64,000 nucleotides of DNA from Octopus sinensis (Eukaryota), in contig NC_043000.1 of the NCBI RefSeq assembly GCF_006345805.1, positions 72,044,001-72,108,000 on the forward strand, written 5' to 3'. A model generated the notes under the pieces. The model had not been told where the DNA came from. It was given only the letters and a program-made list of their open reading frames with translations, and did no database searches. Position numbers and translations under genes: made by a program. Positions 1 to 12,289 of this stretch are shown one piece after another; position 1 is the stretch's first letter, and each line of letters opens with the position of its first letter.

Positions 1-784
1 TTAAGTAATACTAAGTAATTAAGGGTTTAGCAACGAATTGCCTCACCAACACACCGAATTTAGAAATAGCAGTCAAAGAGATATAGCTATTCCTTCTAGT
101 ATTACTTAAATTTTCCTCGAATGGGGCTTTTACATGCTGAAATCTACTTGGTGTAATTGATAATTATCCCTAATTAATTAGTTTCACCTTTTATTATTAC
201 TGATAACCATATTTTATCCCAGTAAATGACCACAGCATTTTATCTTGGCTACACGCGGGTGGAAAGGGGCTGGTGACACAAACTTTCATTCAAACTTTGA
301 ATTTCGTGGTACTGGTCATGCTTTAGCTCGCTCTGAGTTGAGATGATGCATTCTAGTATCTCAAAATTTAATATACAATTATTCATAATTGTAGTATCCT
401 GCGCCGATGAGAGAAGAAGTACGGGTAAAGTAGAATTTTCTAATTCTTACGCTATCCTAAAACTTGATCTCGAAACGTACGTCCGTAGGTAACGTAAAAT
501 TGCATGATGGATTGCCGTCATTTCATTCTTTCTTTCTTACCTGTCTGTGTTTGCCTTTCAAGTGCTGTGTTTTTACTGAGATCCCCCTTTTTAGTAGAAG
601 GAATAGCTATATCTCTTTGACTGCTATTTCTAAATTCGGTGTGTTGGTGAGGCAATTCGTTGCTAAACCCTTAATTACTTAGTATTACTTAAATTTTCCT
701 CGAATGGGGCTTTTACATGCTGAAATCTACTTGGTGTAATTGATAATTATCCCTAATTATTAGTTTCACCTTTTATTATTACTG
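1..784 (+). mobile_element. ORF-less ~583-bp repeat element carrying a hammerhead ribozyme (PLE pseudo-LTR or retrozyme-like), 1.18 tandem units plus a 5' inverted arm
   Basis: 97-202 is repeated directly at 680-784 (period 583). 1-98 is the exact reverse complement of 595-692. A diverged copy lies on the - strand at 57813-58508. The element ends in a (TA)n tract. Confidence 0.8.
398..489 (+). ncRNA. Type I hammerhead ribozyme motif (U4>C core variant)
   Basis: Stem I cctgcg(398-403)/cgtagg(484-489); core ccgatga(404-410); stem II gaga/tctc with a long loop; gaaa(472-475); palindromic stem III cgtacg; GUC site predicting cleavage after 483. Confidence 0.75.
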
Positions 785-849
<65 letters not shown>

Positions 850-888
850 TATATATATATCTATATATATATATATAATATATATATA

Positions 889-954
<66 letters not shown>
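784..954. repeat. (TA)n microsatellite
   Basis: Direct reading. Confidence 0.95.
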
Positions 955-956
<2 letters not shown>

Positions 957-957
<1 letters not shown>

Positions 958-1334
958 ACACTTAGTTGGCAAATATATGATACGGTTACGTACTGCTACT
1001 GTTTATATCTCGCTCAGAGATTTAATATAACATTGGCTCTCTTTCACGGGATCACCGATAGTGAGTCGTTAGAAAAATATATAGTTATTTGCGAGTGAAA
1101 TGAGCTCGCATCACTAGCTAGTGATTCAGACACTCTGAGGGCGGGTAACCACTCAGAAACTCGAGTCCGTGTGTATTACGTAAGACTTGAGATAGGAGCG
1201 ATGATCTCGTCTCGCAAATTTCTAATCGGACACAGGATGCGTGTCGTTAGCCAGCTGAAGAGATGTCCTCCTGGGGCTATAAACAACAGAAGCACTGTGC
1301 TATATAGGACGCCACACTTAGTTGGCAAATATAT
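957..1334. repeat. ~357-bp hairpin-rich element with 21-bp terminal direct repeats between (TA)n tracts
   Basis: acacttagttggcaaatatat at 957-977 and 1314-1334; several internal palindromes and hairpins. Confidence 0.55.
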
Positions 1335-1598
1335 ATATATAGATGCATGCGTGGGTGAGTGGTTCCGAGTTCAGTCCTACTGCGTGGCATCTTGGGCAAG
1401 TGTCTTCTACAATAGCCACGACAGACCAGTGCCTTGTGGAGTTTGTAGAAGGAAACTGAAAGAAGCCTGTTGTATATAACACACACACATATATATCTAC
1501 ACTCATATATATATATGTAGACACGTGTCGTGTATGTGTGTATATGTCTGTATCAGTATATTTATATGTACATGTAGCTATATGGTATATATACACAT

Positions 1599-2107
1599 AA
1601 ATATAATATTATTATCGAGGCAACACAGGCGCAGTCTAAAAGAACATGATTGAAATACGCATCCAAAACTTATATAAATACATATATTCTCTATAAAATG
1701 GAAATAAAATTGCAAAATACACAAATATATATAAATAGACAATATCAATGCAATGCATAAAATACGTAATTACGTAATACATAACTTTTAGCTTGATTTT
1801 CTGGCTCTCGTTGGTTTTAATATGTTTTTAATACTTAATCATTTCAAGTTAAATTTTTAATTTCATCATACGATGTACGATTTTAAATGTAATTACAAAT
1901 GATATTTTCTTAAATTCAACCGTTTTCATTAAAATTCAATCGCATTTTATGCATTGCGTTGATATTGTCTATTTATATATATTTGTGTACTTTGGAATTT
2001 TATTTCCATTTTTATAGAGAATATATGTATTTATATAAGTTTTGGATGCGTATTTCAATCATGTTCTTTTAGACTTCGCCTGTGTTGCCTCCATTATAAT
2101 ATTATTT
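1599..2107. mobile_element. MITE/foldback element with ~165-bp terminal inverted repeats
   Basis: 1599-1763 is a near-perfect reverse complement of 1944-2107; AT-rich spacer of ~180 bp. Confidence 0.75.
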
Positions 2108-2218
2108 CAATATGGTTCACACCAAGCACTACATTTTCCTTCTGTTTTAATGTGATTTAATGTTAATAAGCTCTAATTAAACTATATATTTTACACATAC
2201 ACATATGCATATGCAACT

Positions 2219-2420
<202 letters not shown>

Positions 2421-3310
2421 TTTCTCAACATCTTTCAATTCAACGGTCTAACATTGTGATATTATTCTGCAGACTCCGGGATACATGAAGAAATATATTG
2501 AAATGATGTTGTTCATGTGAAAAATAAGAAGATTATCATTGATATTGCTTTTATTGATTTCATTCAAATCAAGCAAGCAGATGCAGTATAAAATTTTCAC
2601 TGCTCGAGATGCAACATCGTATCCAGGGAAGTAACTCTACGGTCCAAATTTCGAGTGAACTATCTTTTTTGATTTGAACAGAATCAAACCAAAGAACCAA
2701 TGCAAATAAGCAGAAACACATATGCTATATATCTTATTAACAAGATGATGTTTATTGTAACTGTCTGGATGTCTTTAGGCTTTTCAGCTTTTTGCTTTTG
2801 CTACCTGTTGGTTCCATTCTCTTGAGAAAGTGCAAGAGAAATGAGCAGCTGAATATTTTTGTTTAAATATTTAAGACACATTTTATTCAAAAATTTAGTA
2901 CTGCTCTATTTTACCTAAAATAACGGTATGAGTTAGTGAATAGAACATTGGACTCACTCTTTTCATTTCAAATACTGTCAAAGAAATCTGGTGCAGACAT
3001 AGTTGCAATGATCAAAAATTCGTTTCGCAAACATGCCCGCCTTGGTTCAATTCGTCTGAAGAACCAAAACAAGAAATTCGTAGTAGCGACTCATGCAGAA
3101 TCAGCTTGAATAAATGTCATTCCTCTTTGTTTAACAGTATTTAATATTTTTATGTATTCATGTGTACGGGTGTGGGGTGAGGTTGGAGGACAGGGAAGAA
3201 GTAGGGGAAAAGGGAATAAAGAAGCACAAGAGCGTACTTTTTGGAGTTGAGGTGTGAGTTAGGTACGTTGAAAGTAATAGCTTAGTAATGCAGAGAAGAA
3301 AAACAGGAGT

Positions 3311-3660
3311 ATGTATGTATGTATGTATGTATGTATGTATGTATGTATGTATGTATGTATGTATGTATGTATGTATGTATGTATGTATGTATGTATGTAT
3401 GTATGTATGTATGTATGTATGTATGTATGTATGTATGTTTGTATGTTTGTATGTATGTATGTATGTATGTATGTATGTTTGTATGTATGTATGTATGTAT
3501 GTATGTATGTATGTATGTTTGTATGCTTGTATGTATGTATGTATGTATGTATGTATGTATGTTTGTATGTATGTATGTATGTATGTATGTATGTATGTAT
3601 GTATGTTTGTATGTTTGTATGTGTATGTATGTATGTATGTATGTATGCATGTATGCATGT
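3311..3660. repeat. (TATG)n microsatellite
   Basis: Direct reading; explains several spurious ORFs. Confidence 0.95.
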
Positions 3661-3740
3661 ATACTTAAATGACAGATACTTATATAAGTTTCGACCATGT
3701 CTAACTTAATAGCATCACTTGGAATATATATATCTATATA

Positions 3741-3915
3741 CTTTTTTACTCTTTTATTTGTTTCAGTCATTTGACTGCGGCCAAATCGACCCCAGGAATT
3801 ATTCTTTGCAAATCTAGTACTTATTCTATCGGTCTCTTTTGCCGAACCACTAATTTACGGGGACGTAAACACACCAGCATCGGTTGTCAAGCGATGTTGG
3901 GGGAACAAACACAGA
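3741..3915 (-). mobile_element. SINE fragment (tail ...gcagtcaaatgactgaaacaa-taaaagagtaaaa)
   Basis: The same tail recurs at ~15133-15165, ~15710-15765 and ~41180-41400. Confidence 0.6.
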
Positions 3916-3939
3916 CACACACACGCACACGCACGCACG

Positions 3940-3985
<46 letters not shown>

Positions 3986-4464
3986 ACACACACATACATA
4001 TACATATATACGACGTTATTAAACATAAAAACACACACACATCTACACATACATATACATATGTGACGAGAACGGCTGAAGGTGGAACTCTTCACGAAAA
4101 ACAATTACGTGGCACGTCTAAGGTATATAAAAATACACATCTACCGTTCAATTACCAGTTCCGAATTAGCGCAGCTGTTGCAAGGTTGCAAGATATTTAT
4201 AATTTGCTTATATTTGGTTAATTTACACTGCATACAAAAATACAGACATACGACATACATACAACTGCTTACAAATATACAGATTAATGTATATTTTTTT
4301 CAATGCTCATGATTATTGGATTACAATATTGAAAAGAAAAATATACAACCAAAGAAAAAACGTAATCTCTCCAGAAACATTTATCAAGCAAGGAGGATTG
4401 CAGAAAACCGAAGGTGAGAATCACAAGAGATGAGGGACATGAGACTTTATCAAGATCAGCAAGG

Positions 4465-4882
4465 TGTAGTGATGCTACTGTGTAAGGCTCAGCGCGCATG
4501 CGCAGAATGGGACTACTTCCGGGTGGCCACCGGAAGTCTTCCCCATGCGCATGTGCGGGAAACGTTCCCTCAAGCCCGCGAAGCTCAAATCTTTCTCTCC
4601 GGCTCCACAGCTCATGCGATCGGACGTACATTCAACAAGCTCTGACAACCTCACCGACATAGCCGCCAACGACCATCAACAAACTTCAACAAGCTAACAC
4701 GAAGCTGTATATCAGAGGCTGTCTTTCTCCCATCAGACACACGTACGACATCGCAATAAATAAACGAACTGCTGTCTTTTTACCTACAACCTGACTTCGT
4801 CTGTATTGTCTTATAAAATTGCATGTAACCAGATCGGATATCGACACCCTTTCAGTGAATCGATAACAGATCCTTCGTTACA
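4465..4882 (+). repeat. 5' LTR
   Basis: Four substitutions counted by eye versus the 3' LTR; aataaa at ~4756. Confidence 0.93.
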
Positions 4883-4884
4883 AT

Positions 4885-4902
4885 TGGTGACCCCGACGTG
4901 AT
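4885..4902 (+). promoter_or_regulatory. Primer binding site complementary to the tRNA-Trp 3' end
   Basis: tggtgaccccgacgtgat lies 2 nt after the LTR and is complementary to the metazoan tRNA-Trp 3' end ...AUCACGUCGGGGUCACCA. Confidence 0.85.
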
Positions 4903-6179
4903 AAAAAAAGAACAGGACAGAAGACGCAGCAAACAGGTTTTTGCCGGATAGAGCGCTGAACATTCATTTTTTCATCCAGTTTTTCTGCTAAGTCTGAACA
5001 CGATCAACTCTACGCAGTCATCATCCTTCGACGATTTGTTTCCGGTCCCCTCAAACAGTTATAAAAGGAGCCTCTCTTATTTACAGCAATAATGACGACA
5101 CTAACATACACCACGGACGCCTTCATATCATCGATGCTTTTTCTCTGCCGTCGTCATCACCATCGTCGTCTTAGAACTTCACGTCGTCGTTATCTTCGTC
5201 GCCAGCAACACTAAGCAACAATGTGTCTCAAGTCCATCACTGTCGCCTTCAACACCGTCGACCTCAACTAGATGTACATAGCAACTCGCGGAAGTTTAGC
5301 GTACACGCTGTTCGTGTATACACACCAGCATTAACAGCACAGTCTACCTGCGAGATCTTCTGTACCAATTTAACCTGTCACAGCATTGAAGCCACAACCG
5401 CTACACGACATGTGTTCAACCGGCATCTGCATTTGTGATCTCAACATTCTGTTACAGAACGAACTGCTATTATGTATCATGCTATTACGAACTGGTAAAT
5501 TAACTCCATCTTGTCTGAAATAGCCCTGAGAGACTTTTTTTTCCTATGCGCTGTATTTTATTTTGTCCGCATTCACCTTGTTGTATTTCTGTCGCACACA
5601 CGTACACACACAAATGCTATCTCTGTCACATTCATACGTCACACATGCCTTTCTCGCTTGTTTTTCCATGCTCAATTTGCCTTTGTGGACACAACTCATC
5701 TCTGTAAGACCCTAGGTCAGTCACGTATACATAGAGAAAGTTGTTTGTCCATTATAACGCGCCAGCATGTCACACTTTGTTCCTGCACGACCGAGGCATA
5801 TAATCGCTCAAGCACTGGCTGGCAGCCTCAGCCTTACTACATTAACCACTGGCATATTCATTGCTGTGTTTCAGTCTAGCAAGCCCTATTGCATTCATGC
5901 ACCTCTGTTGTGCACGTGTACTGCCTTGTTTTGCAACACGTCTGCGTCAGCTCAATTCTTTTCCCGACTCAAAGAACGTCGGATGTTCACTTGCGCTGCG
6001 CCCATGTTTAGGCGTAATTTCCCCCTGTTAGACCCCTGTTGGTCACATAATTAACAGAGTAAATTATCTGTCTCGCGCTTCACTCCAGCATGCTTACACT
6101 GTCACCTTTGCTAACTTTACACCTTCAGCTGAAGCACTGTTTGCCTTTTGTGTTACTAGCGATCTATCTGCCAGTTCCA

Positions 6180-6660
6180 TTTCCTCTCCTGCAGCAATTG
6201 ACTTAACTGCTATTTCGCAGGATCAACCACCTTTAGAGGAGTTGGATTTAACTTCGCCTAAGTTATTAACTGTAAGTTTGCCTAGCTTCCGCTCCTTTCA
6301 GCGGAAGGCTCTATACTTTGTGACGTATCCACCGGTTCACCTAGACCGTTAGTACCTGAAAAACATCAACGTTCTGTGTTTGATGCTCTTCATTCACTGT
6401 CACATCCAGGTAACTCTGCCACAGTTCTTTTGGCCCAATATGCGACGATCGATTACCTCTTGGGCACGCTCTTGTTTGAAGTGCCAGAGTGCTAAGGTCC
6501 ATGGACACGTTCGTGCTCCACTTGGACAGTTTTCTTCTCCTGAAGCCCGTTTTCGCCATGTCCACCTTGATTTGGTTGGACCATGGCCTGTGAGTAATGG
6601 GTTCTCATATATATTTAACTTTATCGATCATTTCTCACGTTGGCCGGAAGCTATTCACAC
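6180..6660 (+). pseudogene. Gypsy pol remnant (integrase H2C2 zinc finger and start of the catalytic core), frameshifted and truncated
   Basis: ILCDVSTGSPRPLVPEKHQRSVFDALHSLSHPG...WPNMRRSITSWARSCLKCQSAKV...FRHVHLDLVGPWPVSNGFSYIFNFIDHFSRWPEAI. Confidence 0.88.
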
Positions 6661-6864
6661 ATGCACCTTTGATTTTGCTCGTTTTGAGTATTTTTTCTTT
6701 TTTTTCCTTTTGGTGAATTTCTTATGTATATTATAAATTCTGCCATTTTGTTATATTGTATGATATTATGTACCAAGTCTTCTGGGGGATCGGCAAGCCT
6801 TCTGTTTTCTGCAGCACCACCACAAATTTTCTTGTTGTCGTACTTCGCACTCGAAGGGGAGCCT

Positions 6865-7282
6865 TGTAGTGATGCTACTGTGTAGGGCTCAGCGTGCATG
6901 CGCAGAATGGGACTACTTCCGGGTGGCCACCGGAAGTCTTCCCCATGCGCATGTGCGGGAAACGTTCCCTCAAGCCCGCGAAGCTCAAATCTTTCTCTCC
7001 GGCTCCACAGCTCATGCGATCGGACGTACATTCAACAAGCTCTGACAACCTCACCGACATAGCCGCCAACGACCATCAACAAACTTCAACAAGCTAACAC
7101 GAAGCTGTATATCAGAGGCTGTCTTTCTCCCATCAGACACACGTACGACATCGCAATAAATAAACGAACTGTTGTCTTTTTACCTACAACCTGACTTCGT
7201 CTGTATTGTCTTATAAAATTGTATGTAACCAGATCGGATATCGACACCCTTTCAGTGAATCGATAACAGATCCTTCGTTACA
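6865..7282 (+). repeat. 3' LTR
   Basis: Matches 4465-4882. Confidence 0.93.
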
Positions 7283-7479
7283 AAGGCTTGCTGTAGCACG
7301 ACAGATGGAGTATCAAGATAGAAGAGAGATGAGACTTTCCTAAGATGAGTAAAGGCATGTTGCAGCATTTAATGCTGAATCATTAAAACAACATTTAGCA
7401 CGCCAGATTACACAGTAGTCCAATAGAATAGTTCTCAGAAACAGACTACGTACACAACTCCTGGAGCTGCTTTAACGTT

Positions 7480-7810
7480 TGTTCTCTACATGACCTGCAG
7501 CTTTTCCTTCATGATTTTGTGTGACTTGAACGCTCGTGGGTTTTCGGAATGGTAGACAAGGAGCGGCTTAATATTCAAGTCTCCACTCGCATTGGCACGA
7601 AGGGCGGGAGTTAGACTATCTTTCATAGGCTTCTGGCCTGGCATTTTATTCTCCTCTGCGGTTATATAGGTTCTTCTGGGAATTTCTTTCCCAAAACTGG
7701 CTAGTTTCATAACATTTGAATACCTGTTGCGCGATATACCCCTCGGTTGCGAGGAGCTGTCGGAAATCACGCGCGAACATTTCGACTAAAAATTTTAAAA
7801 TTTCAAAATC
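7480..7810 (-). pseudogene. Tigger/pogo transposase fragment
   Basis: RDFRQLLATEGYIAQQVF...PRRTYITAEENKMPGQKPMKDSLT...ANASGDLNIKPLLVYHSENPRAFK is the typical Tigger DDE region. Confidence 0.85.
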
Positions 7811-7904
7811 TGTGACGGCAACAGAAAAGATCTCCCTCTCCCTATTTGTCAAACTCTTTCATTTTTCACTTTTCTCATTGTTAACTTCCCCCTCTCTATA
7901 TATT

Positions 7905-7944
<40 letters not shown>

Positions 7945-8129
7945 ACTGTGTACATGTATATCGCTCAAGCTGAGCGTGTGTATATGTGTGTGTGTGAGTG
8001 TATCAGTGGTGTGTAAAAACGGTATGTGAAAAATAATTTATTATAATAACATACTTTTCATTTAGCAAATGTTTTTCTTACACCATACGTGTGCCCATTC
8101 GCTTGTTGCGGGATGGGGTGGGGGTTAAA

Positions 8130-8984
8130 AAATTTAATTACAAATTTTGTTGTTGTTGCTTAAATCCCAGCAATTAACCACCCTAAAACCGTTACTTCCG
8201 CATCATCATTCCATAAAATGTGTTTATGGCGGAGAAAAATATTGAAAAATATCAATACATTTTGGGGTGACATAGAAACGATGTATGTACGAGGTGGTCG
8301 TGGGATCTACTAGAAACAATAACGAAATTTCCTTTAAAACACACTTTTCCGTCTGAAAATTATTTTGAAATTATAAACAGAAACAATTTACAGACTTGGA
8401 ATGTCCTTATTTTAAAACTATGATTTTAAAAGAATTTTGGAAAATAGCCAAAATTTTAGGATTCATGGGGAGGTTAATGAAAAACTTGTAAAAAACTTTC
8501 ACTGTTGTTTCGAAATTACGTTTCATCTTTTGTTTGAAAATAAAGGAAGCGGAGATTGTAATGGCGATCGCCGACTTCCAAAATTCTTCCTTTTGCTTTT
8601 TCTTTTGCGTAGAGCAAAAGAAAAAATAATGGCCAAAATTGATACTGAGTGGGAAACGAGATTTGAAATGAAATGATTTTTTTCCACCGAAAAGGTGTCT
8701 CCCATTGTTTTTAAGTTCGTAATGCAAAAATAAAAAAATAAATAAAAATAAAATATAAATACAAAAGATAAAAAGGGACAAAATTGGTCCAGAAGGAGAG
8801 ATTGGGGGAAATCATAAATTTTCAAAATTTGTTCATAAAATGCAAGGGTGTGGTCAAAAAGTTGTGAAAAATTCCCATTAAACAGAAAATTCCTTATGTA
8901 GGCGTGCTATACCTTATGTAGGTGAATCTCTGCCAAGGCATTTTAATATGAAAACAACCCGGCAACGACGGGATACTCAGCTAG
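8130..8984 (+). mobile_element. Non-autonomous Helitron-like repeat with 3' hairpin and CTAG end
   Basis: Hairpin cccg-gcaacga-cggg at 8958-8972, CTAG at 8981-8984 followed by T. The body resembles repeats at ~23790-23920 and 51900-53530. The 5' boundary is approximate. Confidence 0.5.
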
Positions 8985-9502
8985 TATGTGTATGTGTGTG
9001 TGAGTGTATGTATGTATATACACACATACACATGTGCACGCATACACACACGCACGCACACACACACATACACACAGACAATTAAATACTGATCCACCAA
9101 TATTTGTATATTTTCCCAACATATGAAAATGAATTATGTATGTAGTGTATATCGGGATAAAGTTAATGAATACAAGATAAGTTCGAAAACAAACATCCCT
9201 ATAGCTTGAGGTACCAAACAAAATCTTTTATGTCTGACATTGAGTTGGAGGAGTGGGCGACTGTATAAGAAAAGTTTGTATTGTATACGTGCAGAGACAT
9301 AGCGTTATTTATTTTGGTGTATGTTCATAAATATCTGCCTTTATACATGTAAGGTCATTTACTTTCAGGTTTCAGATGATAATACTTCTATTGTATTATA
9401 CTTATGGTAATGTGCAGACTTATGTATATATATCTAGTCTAGTATGTATATTCACAAGATCCATCTACTTTCAAGTTTCGGGAGAAAATACTAACTGCAC
9501 TG

Positions 9503-9572
<70 letters not shown>

Positions 9573-9657
9573 GTGGTGCTATTAAGTTAGACATGGCCTG
9601 GACCAATCTTTGGTCGAAACATATCTAAGTTTATCTAAGTTTATATATACACACACA

Positions 9658-9698
<41 letters not shown>

Positions 9699-9722
9699 AC
9701 ACACACACACACCACACACATA

Positions 9723-9760
<38 letters not shown>

Positions 9761-9769
9761 TATATATAT

Positions 9770-11428
9770 TGACGTAAGAGAAGCGAACGAAGTTGACTCC
9801 CAACATAAAATCTCAGACATAACCTTCACTGCCACTGACATCATAGCAGCAATAAATGAGGTCAAATACTACTCTGCTGTAGGCCCTGATAGATTCCCCG
9901 CTAGTCTCATGAAGGAATGTTGACACCAACTTGCAGTCCCTCTGACCAACCTCTGGAGAAATTCGTTAGACGCAGGTTATATACCGAAACAGTTTCTATC
10001 CCAGTCAGTCATCCCGGTTTTCAAACAGGGAAACAGATCCCTCGCACTCAACTATCGCCCAATCTCACTCATCTCCCACATCATTAAAGTGTTTGAAAGA
10101 GTGTTAAGATCAAGGATAGCTGACTTCCTGGAGACCCACAAACTCCTAAATGCAAATCAGCATGGCTTTCGCTGTGGCAGGGACTGTCTAACACAGCTCT
10201 TACACCACATTGAAGATGTATTCAAAGCCTTGGGAACAGGTTCGAACTCTGATGTCATATATCTTGACTTCAGTAAAGCGTTCGACAGGGTAGACCATAA
10301 TATCCTACTCTCAAAATTGGCAAATGTTGGAATCCGTGGAAAAGTTCTACACTGGATTAAGCATTTCCTGGCGAATAGGACACAACGTGTTGTAGTTGAT
10401 GGAGTCCACTCAAGCCCAGCAAAAGTCACCAGCGGTGTCCCCCAGGGGACTGTCTTGGGTCCGCTACTCTTCATAATTTACATAAACGACCTTTCCAGTA
10501 TCGTACATTACTGCAAAGTGAAAATATTTGCTGATGACACTAAGCTCCAGCAAATCGTCAATGAAGAAGCAGACCGAACTCAACTTCAGTATGATCTATA
10601 TGCTGTGAGTCAATGGGCAGACAGAAAGAAAATGCAACTGAACGAGGGAAAATTTGAGCTGATGCATTTTGGAAGAAATTCCTCACTAAAACAGTCATAC
10701 TCTCTTCCTTCAGGGGAACCGCTCACAGCCTCTAACAATATCAGAGACCTGGGTGTAATTGTTGATGACGATCTCAGTTGGAGTGCACACATCAACAAGA
10801 AGGTCGATATAGCTCGTAGGATGAGTTCCTGGATCTTAAGAACTTTCCAGTCCAGAGAACAAGGTGTCATCATACCACTTTTCTCCTCCTTTGTACGGCC
10901 ACACCTCGAATACTGCTGCCCACTGTGGTCTCCCCATACAAGAAAAAACATCTCGAGGATTGAATCACCCCAGAGGGCACTCAATAAACGAATTGAAAGC
11001 ATGGCTGCTCTCGATTATTGGGATCACCTTAAAGCCTTGAAACTCTACTCTCTCCAGTGTCGCCGTGAGCGGTACATCATTTGTACGATGTGGAGAATAT
11101 ACTGCCAACTTTGCCCAAACGACCTGAACATTAGCTTCAAGGTTCATCCAAGACTGGAACCACGGGCCATACGTCCCCTGCCCAATTCAAGATCACAGCA
11201 TACATGTACACTGCAACATAATTTCTTTTCCTCAACAGGCCCTGCCCTATTTAACATTGTCCCGAAAGAGATCAAAGAGGAAAAGGATCCCATCAACTTT
11301 AAACGGAGCCTGGATAGATTCCTTCAAAGAATACCAGATAAGCCACCCATAATTGGATACAACTCACCCAACAAAAACTCACTAGACATGGCCTGGACCA
11401 ATCTTTGGTCGAAACATATCTAAGTTTA
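9770..11428 (+). mobile_element. 5'-truncated CR1/Jockey-superfamily LINE with reverse transcriptase ORF 10089-11423
   Basis: QHGFR, YLDFSKAFDRV, SGVPQGTVLGPLLFIIYINDL and FADDTKL motifs; C-terminal RPHLEYCCPLWSP; ends in a (TA)n tract. Confidence 0.92.
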
Positions 11429-11430
11429 TA

Positions 11431-11481
<51 letters not shown>

Positions 11482-12016
11482 GTTTAAATAATATTTGTTG
11501 TGCAAGATTTTTTATGTGAAGTCGTGTGTTGAAACAGATATTGTTATATTTCGGAATGGTCATATTGCCAGTTTAGCCAATAAAAACACACGCACTATAT
11601 ATTTGGTGTTATTTTGCTTCAGTGTTATTTATTTTTTACATTAATCTTAATCTTATTTCGGCCAGAGTTCTTTCGTCACACTCCTGTGACCGCATCAGTG
11701 GTCCTTTGTTTTCTTCTTTCTTATTTGTGTCTCTCCTTACTAACCGTCAGCCATTTTGTATTTCTATTGTATGTCTTTGCGCATGCATATATCTCTATGT
11801 GCGTCTATGTTTATTTAGTGTGTGTATGTGGGGGATGCCTGTAATATTTGTATCTTCTGTTTATATATGTTCATGTAATTTGTATTTTGTTTTTGTTGTT
11901 TTTGTTTATTCTTATTTGTTCATGTTTTACATCCACTTATTATTATCATTACATATGCTTGTATGTATGTATGTATAACACAATACTAGTAATAATAATA
12001 ATAAATCGAATCAAAT

Positions 12017-12053
<37 letters not shown>

Positions 12054-12083
12054 TACATATATATATATATATATATATATTAT

Positions 12084-12162
<79 letters not shown>

Positions 12163-12289
12163 ATGTATATATAGATAAATATTATATATATCTATATATA
12201 TCTATATAATATATATAATATATATATATATATATATGTACATATATATATATAGTTATTTATTTCTATTTGTTTATTTATCTGTGTAT

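Larger units (their letters stand above)
4465..7282 (+). mobile_element. Non-autonomous Gypsy-type LTR retrotransposon, 2.8 kb, internally deleted
   Basis: 418-bp TG...CA LTRs at 4465-4882 and 6865-7282; 4-bp TSD AAGG (4461-4464, 7283-7286); PBS at 4885-4902; PPT gaaggggag at ~6853-6861; integrase remnant inside. Confidence 0.93.

Noticed and set aside
1244-1330. ccag-ctgaaga...ctgg and a tcctcct loop suggesting a hammerhead or HDV-like ribozyme
   Set aside because: No GAAA segment, and no valid P3 or full P1 pairing for an HDV fold.
9376-9406. MIILLLYYTY-G followed by gtaat, resembling a signal-peptide exon
   Set aside because: Short hydrophobic stretch 41 kb from the vWA exon with no link to it; could be chance in AT-rich DNA.
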